From a virus (lineage: Duplodnaviria; Caudoviricetes), in the IMG/VR virus record IMGVR_UViG_3300036771_000020, positions 1 through 49,612 of that record: a DNA stretch of 49,612 nucleotides; one strand, written 5' to 3'. Below the pieces are notes generated by a model. The model searched no databases. It had not been told where the DNA came from and worked only from the letters and a program-made list of their open reading frames with translations. Of the stretch, positions 47,437 to 49,612 are shown one piece after another (positions within the stretch are counted from its first letter, which is position 1; each line of letters opens with the position of its first letter). A program made the position numbers and the translations under genes.

Positions 47437-47459
47437 AACCCGCTGCGGCGGGTTTTTTA
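47437..47459 (+). terminator. Intrinsic terminator
   Basis: AACCCGC-TGCG-GCGGGTT followed by TTT. Confidence 0.8.
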
Positions 47460-47475
47460 TTGCCTGGAGGAAACC

Positions 47476-47802
47476 ATGAGTGACGACTTCATGAAAATGG
47501 ATGAGTACGCAAGGAGGATAAGGGTCTCCAAGCACACTATCTATCGGAACCCTTACAAATACCACATGTTCAGAGTTGGTAATGGATGGCGGGCCAATAA
47601 TGAAAGCCTGGAAAAATTCACACAACCGAATAACAATGTCACCCGACTGGCTGTGGTCGGCGGTAAGGAGTCTAAAAAATGCCGATCATCAAAAGAGGTA
47701 AGAAGTACTGGGTGGACATCTCAGCGCCAGACGGAGAGAGAATTAGACGCTCTACTGGCACCGAGGACAAAGCAAAAGCACAGGAATATCACGACAAGCT
47801 GA
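47476..47802 (+). CDS. xis: Excisionase (putative)
   Basis: HTH/wing YARRIRVSKHTIYR...FRVGNGWR; overlaps the start of int. Confidence 0.72.
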   Translation: MSDDFMKMDEYARRIRVSKHTIYRNPYKYHMFRVGNGWRANNESLEKFTQPNNNVTRLAVVGGKESKKCRSSKEVRSTGWTSQRQTERELDALLAPRTKQKHRNITTS

Positions 47803-48725
47803 AGCATGAGCTATGGCAGGTGGCGAGGCTTGGAAAGATTCCAGACAGGACATTCGGGGATATTGTGGTACTTGCCTTGAGGGAGGCTGAGGGGCAATCG
47901 TGCTTCATCAACAAGCAGATTTATGCAAGATACTGGCTTTCTGTGTTTGGTGACCGGCTGATCACGAAAATAAGCGGGGAGGAAATTGCAGATAACCTCC
48001 CATCTTTTTCCCCGGCCAAGCGATGCAAGCTTTCTAATGCAACACGTAACCGATACCGTTCTTTTATTATGAGGGCTTTCTCGCTCGCTGTTAAGTCCGG
48101 CTGGATAACAACCATTCCTCACATTTCAACGCAGAGAGAGCCAAAGGTTCGTGTCCGGTGGATAGAGAAAGATCAGGCAAGGACTCTTATCGGCTCGCTT
48201 GAGTCTGAATGGATGAAGCGCATTGTATCTTTTGCTCTTCTTACAGGGGCAAGGAAAGGTGAAATTTTAAGCATGAAATGGGAAAGCGTGAATCTTTCTC
48301 GTCGCATTGCCGTGGTCACGGCGGATAACGCAAAGTCTGGGAAGGCTAGGCCGTTACCGCTTAATGATGAAGCAGTGAAGATGATCACATCATGTAACCG
48401 TAATTCTGATTACGTTTTCTCACTGAATGGAGAGCAGGCCAGCCAGATTCACAGGGGTGAGTTTTCCAGAGCATTAAATAGGGCTGGCATAACAGACTTC
48501 CGATTTCATGACCTCCGGCACACCTGGGCAAGCTGGCATGTTCAGAATGGAACCCCGTTGATGATGCTGAAGGAAATGGGCGGCTGGGAGAAGCTGGAAA
48601 TGGTGAACAAGTACGCTCACCTAAGCACCGAACACCTGAGCAAATTTAGCGGGATTGTCACATTTCTGGCACAGAGCGATGTTGATGAATCATCAAAGCC
48701 AGCGCTATCAGTCGTAAATTACTGA
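47679..48725 (+). CDS. int: Tyrosine integrase
   Basis: TGARKGE, KSG, FHDLRHT, GGW and KYAH catalytic motifs; ends 44 bp from att. Confidence 0.96.
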   Translation: MPIIKRGKKYWVDISAPDGERIRRSTGTEDKAKAQEYHDKLKHELWQVARLGKIPDRTFGDIVVLALREAEGQSCFINKQIYARYWLSVFGDRLITKISGEEIADNLPSFSPAKRCKLSNATRNRYRSFIMRAFSLAVKSGWITTIPHISTQREPKVRVRWIEKDQARTLIGSLESEWMKRIVSFALLTGARKGEILSMKWESVNLSRRIAVVTADNAKSGKARPLPLNDEAVKMITSCNRNSDYVFSLNGEQASQIHRGEFSRALNRAGITDFRFHDLRHTWASWHVQNGTPLMMLKEMGGWEKLEMVNKYAHLSTEHLSKFSGIVTFLAQSDVDESSKPALSVVNY

Positions 48726-48769
48726 TACATAGTAATTTTGTGAACCATTAAATTGCCGTGCGACTTTAA

Positions 48770-48792
48770 AGCATCAGAGAAACAGTCTGATG
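48770..48792. repeat. att core (queA side)
   Basis: Identical to 391..413. Confidence 0.96.
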
Positions 48793-48800
48793 GTTAAGAC

Positions 48801-48828
48801 AAAAACGCCGTCGGTTTACCCGGCGGCG
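48801..48828 (-). terminator. Hairpin and T-run after queA
   Basis: CGCCGCCG-GGTAAAC-CGACGGCG followed by TTTTT. Confidence 0.6.
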
Positions 48829-48840
48829 CAGAATGAGGCA

Positions 48841-49612
48841 TTAAGCGCCAGGGCGCTCATTAATCGCCTGCGGATTGTACGTGATGTACATCGCATCACC
48901 GTAACTAAAAAAGCGATATTCAGAATTCACCGCGGCCTGATAGGCATTCATGGTGTGTTTATAGCCCGCAAAGGCGGAAACCAGCATGATTAGCGTCGAC
49001 TCAGGGAGGTGGAAGTTGGTCACCAGCGCGTCGATAACTTTGTATTGATAGCCCGGATAAATGAAAATTTGCGTGTCGCCAAAGAACGGCTCAATCAGGT
49101 CGTTTTTCGCCGCCTGAGCCGCGCTTTCCAGCGAACGAACGGAAGTGGTGCCTACAGCAATCACGCGGTTGCCGCGCGCTTTACAGGCCAGCACCGCGTC
49201 TACCACATCCTGCGGCACTTCGGCATATTCGGAGTGCATGATGTGATCTTCAATGCTGTCTACGCGCACCGGCTGGAAGGTCCCCGCGCCGACGTGCAGC
49301 GTGACAAACGCCTGCTCAACGCCTTTATTACGCAGGGCTTCGAGCAGCGGCTCGTCAAAATGCAGGCCCGCCGTTGGTGCGGCAACAGCGCCAGGCTTCT
49401 GGCTGTAAACGGTTTGATAAAGCTCGCGATCCGCGTCTTCGTCAGGGCGGTCGATATAAGGCGGCAGCGGCATATGGCCGATGCTATTCAGAATATCCAG
49501 CACGCTGCGCTCGTCTTCGAACTGCACTTCAAACAGCGCATCGTGGCGCGCAACCATTGTCGCATGTACGCTTTCATCATCGCCCAGCAGCAGTTCGGCA
49601 CCCGGCTTAGGG
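48841..49612 (-). CDS. queA: S-adenosylmethionine:tRNA ribosyltransferase-isomerase, 3' part
   Basis: [35 protein letters not shown] and [10 protein letters not shown] motifs. Confidence 0.98.
   Translation of the reverse strand, partial: PKPGAELLLGDDESVHATMVARHDALFEVQFEDERSVLDILNSIGHMPLPPYIDRPDEDADRELYQTVYSQKPGAVAAPTAGLHFDEPLLEALRNKGVEQAFVTLHVGAGTFQPVRVDSIEDHIMHSEYAEVPQDVVDAVLACKARGNRVIAVGTTSVRSLESAAQAAKNDLIEPFFGDTQIFIYPGYQYKVIDALVTNFHLPESTLIMLVSAFAGYKHTMNAYQAAVNSEYRFFSYGDAMYITYNPQAINERPGA

Larger units (their letters stand above)
391..48792. mobile_element. Complete-looking lambdoid siphovirus prophage integrated between queA and tgt
   Basis: 23-bp direct repeats at both ends, integrase next to the right repeat, and full immunity, replication, lysis, head and tail modules. 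Confidence 0.96.

Noticed and set aside
48790-49610. Plus-strand ORFs 48790..48993 and 49374..49610
   Set aside because: Antisense to queA

Overview
The window holds one apparently complete ~48.4 kb temperate lambdoid siphovirus prophage (391..48792) in an Enterobacterales chromosome. It is integrated between queA (right edge) and tgt (left edge) and is bounded by a perfect 23-bp att direct repeat. Gene order from the left: a LexA-boxed UmuD'-like gene, gtrABC O-antigen glucosylation genes, tailspike, tail, head and terminase genes, lysis genes, Q, nin region, primase-helicase and O with lambda-type iterons, cII-cro-cI, N, cIII, recT/exo, a theta (HolE/Hot) homologue, xis and int. Two elements stand out. 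(1) A four-gene counter-oriented operon between Q and the holin has an operator-containing promoter, a small acidic ORF and an Aca5-like HTH gene, which suggests an anti-CRISPR/anti-defence locus. (2) A 118-nt tRNA-shaped RNA in the head operon has intact acceptor, D and T arms and an encoded CCA, but a 63-nt branched insert in place of the anticodon arm. Also notable are a free-standing GIY-YIG endonuclease, the separation of tgt from queA by the insertion, and several structured non-coding stretches. All protein calls come from recognised motifs and synteny; no database search was run.
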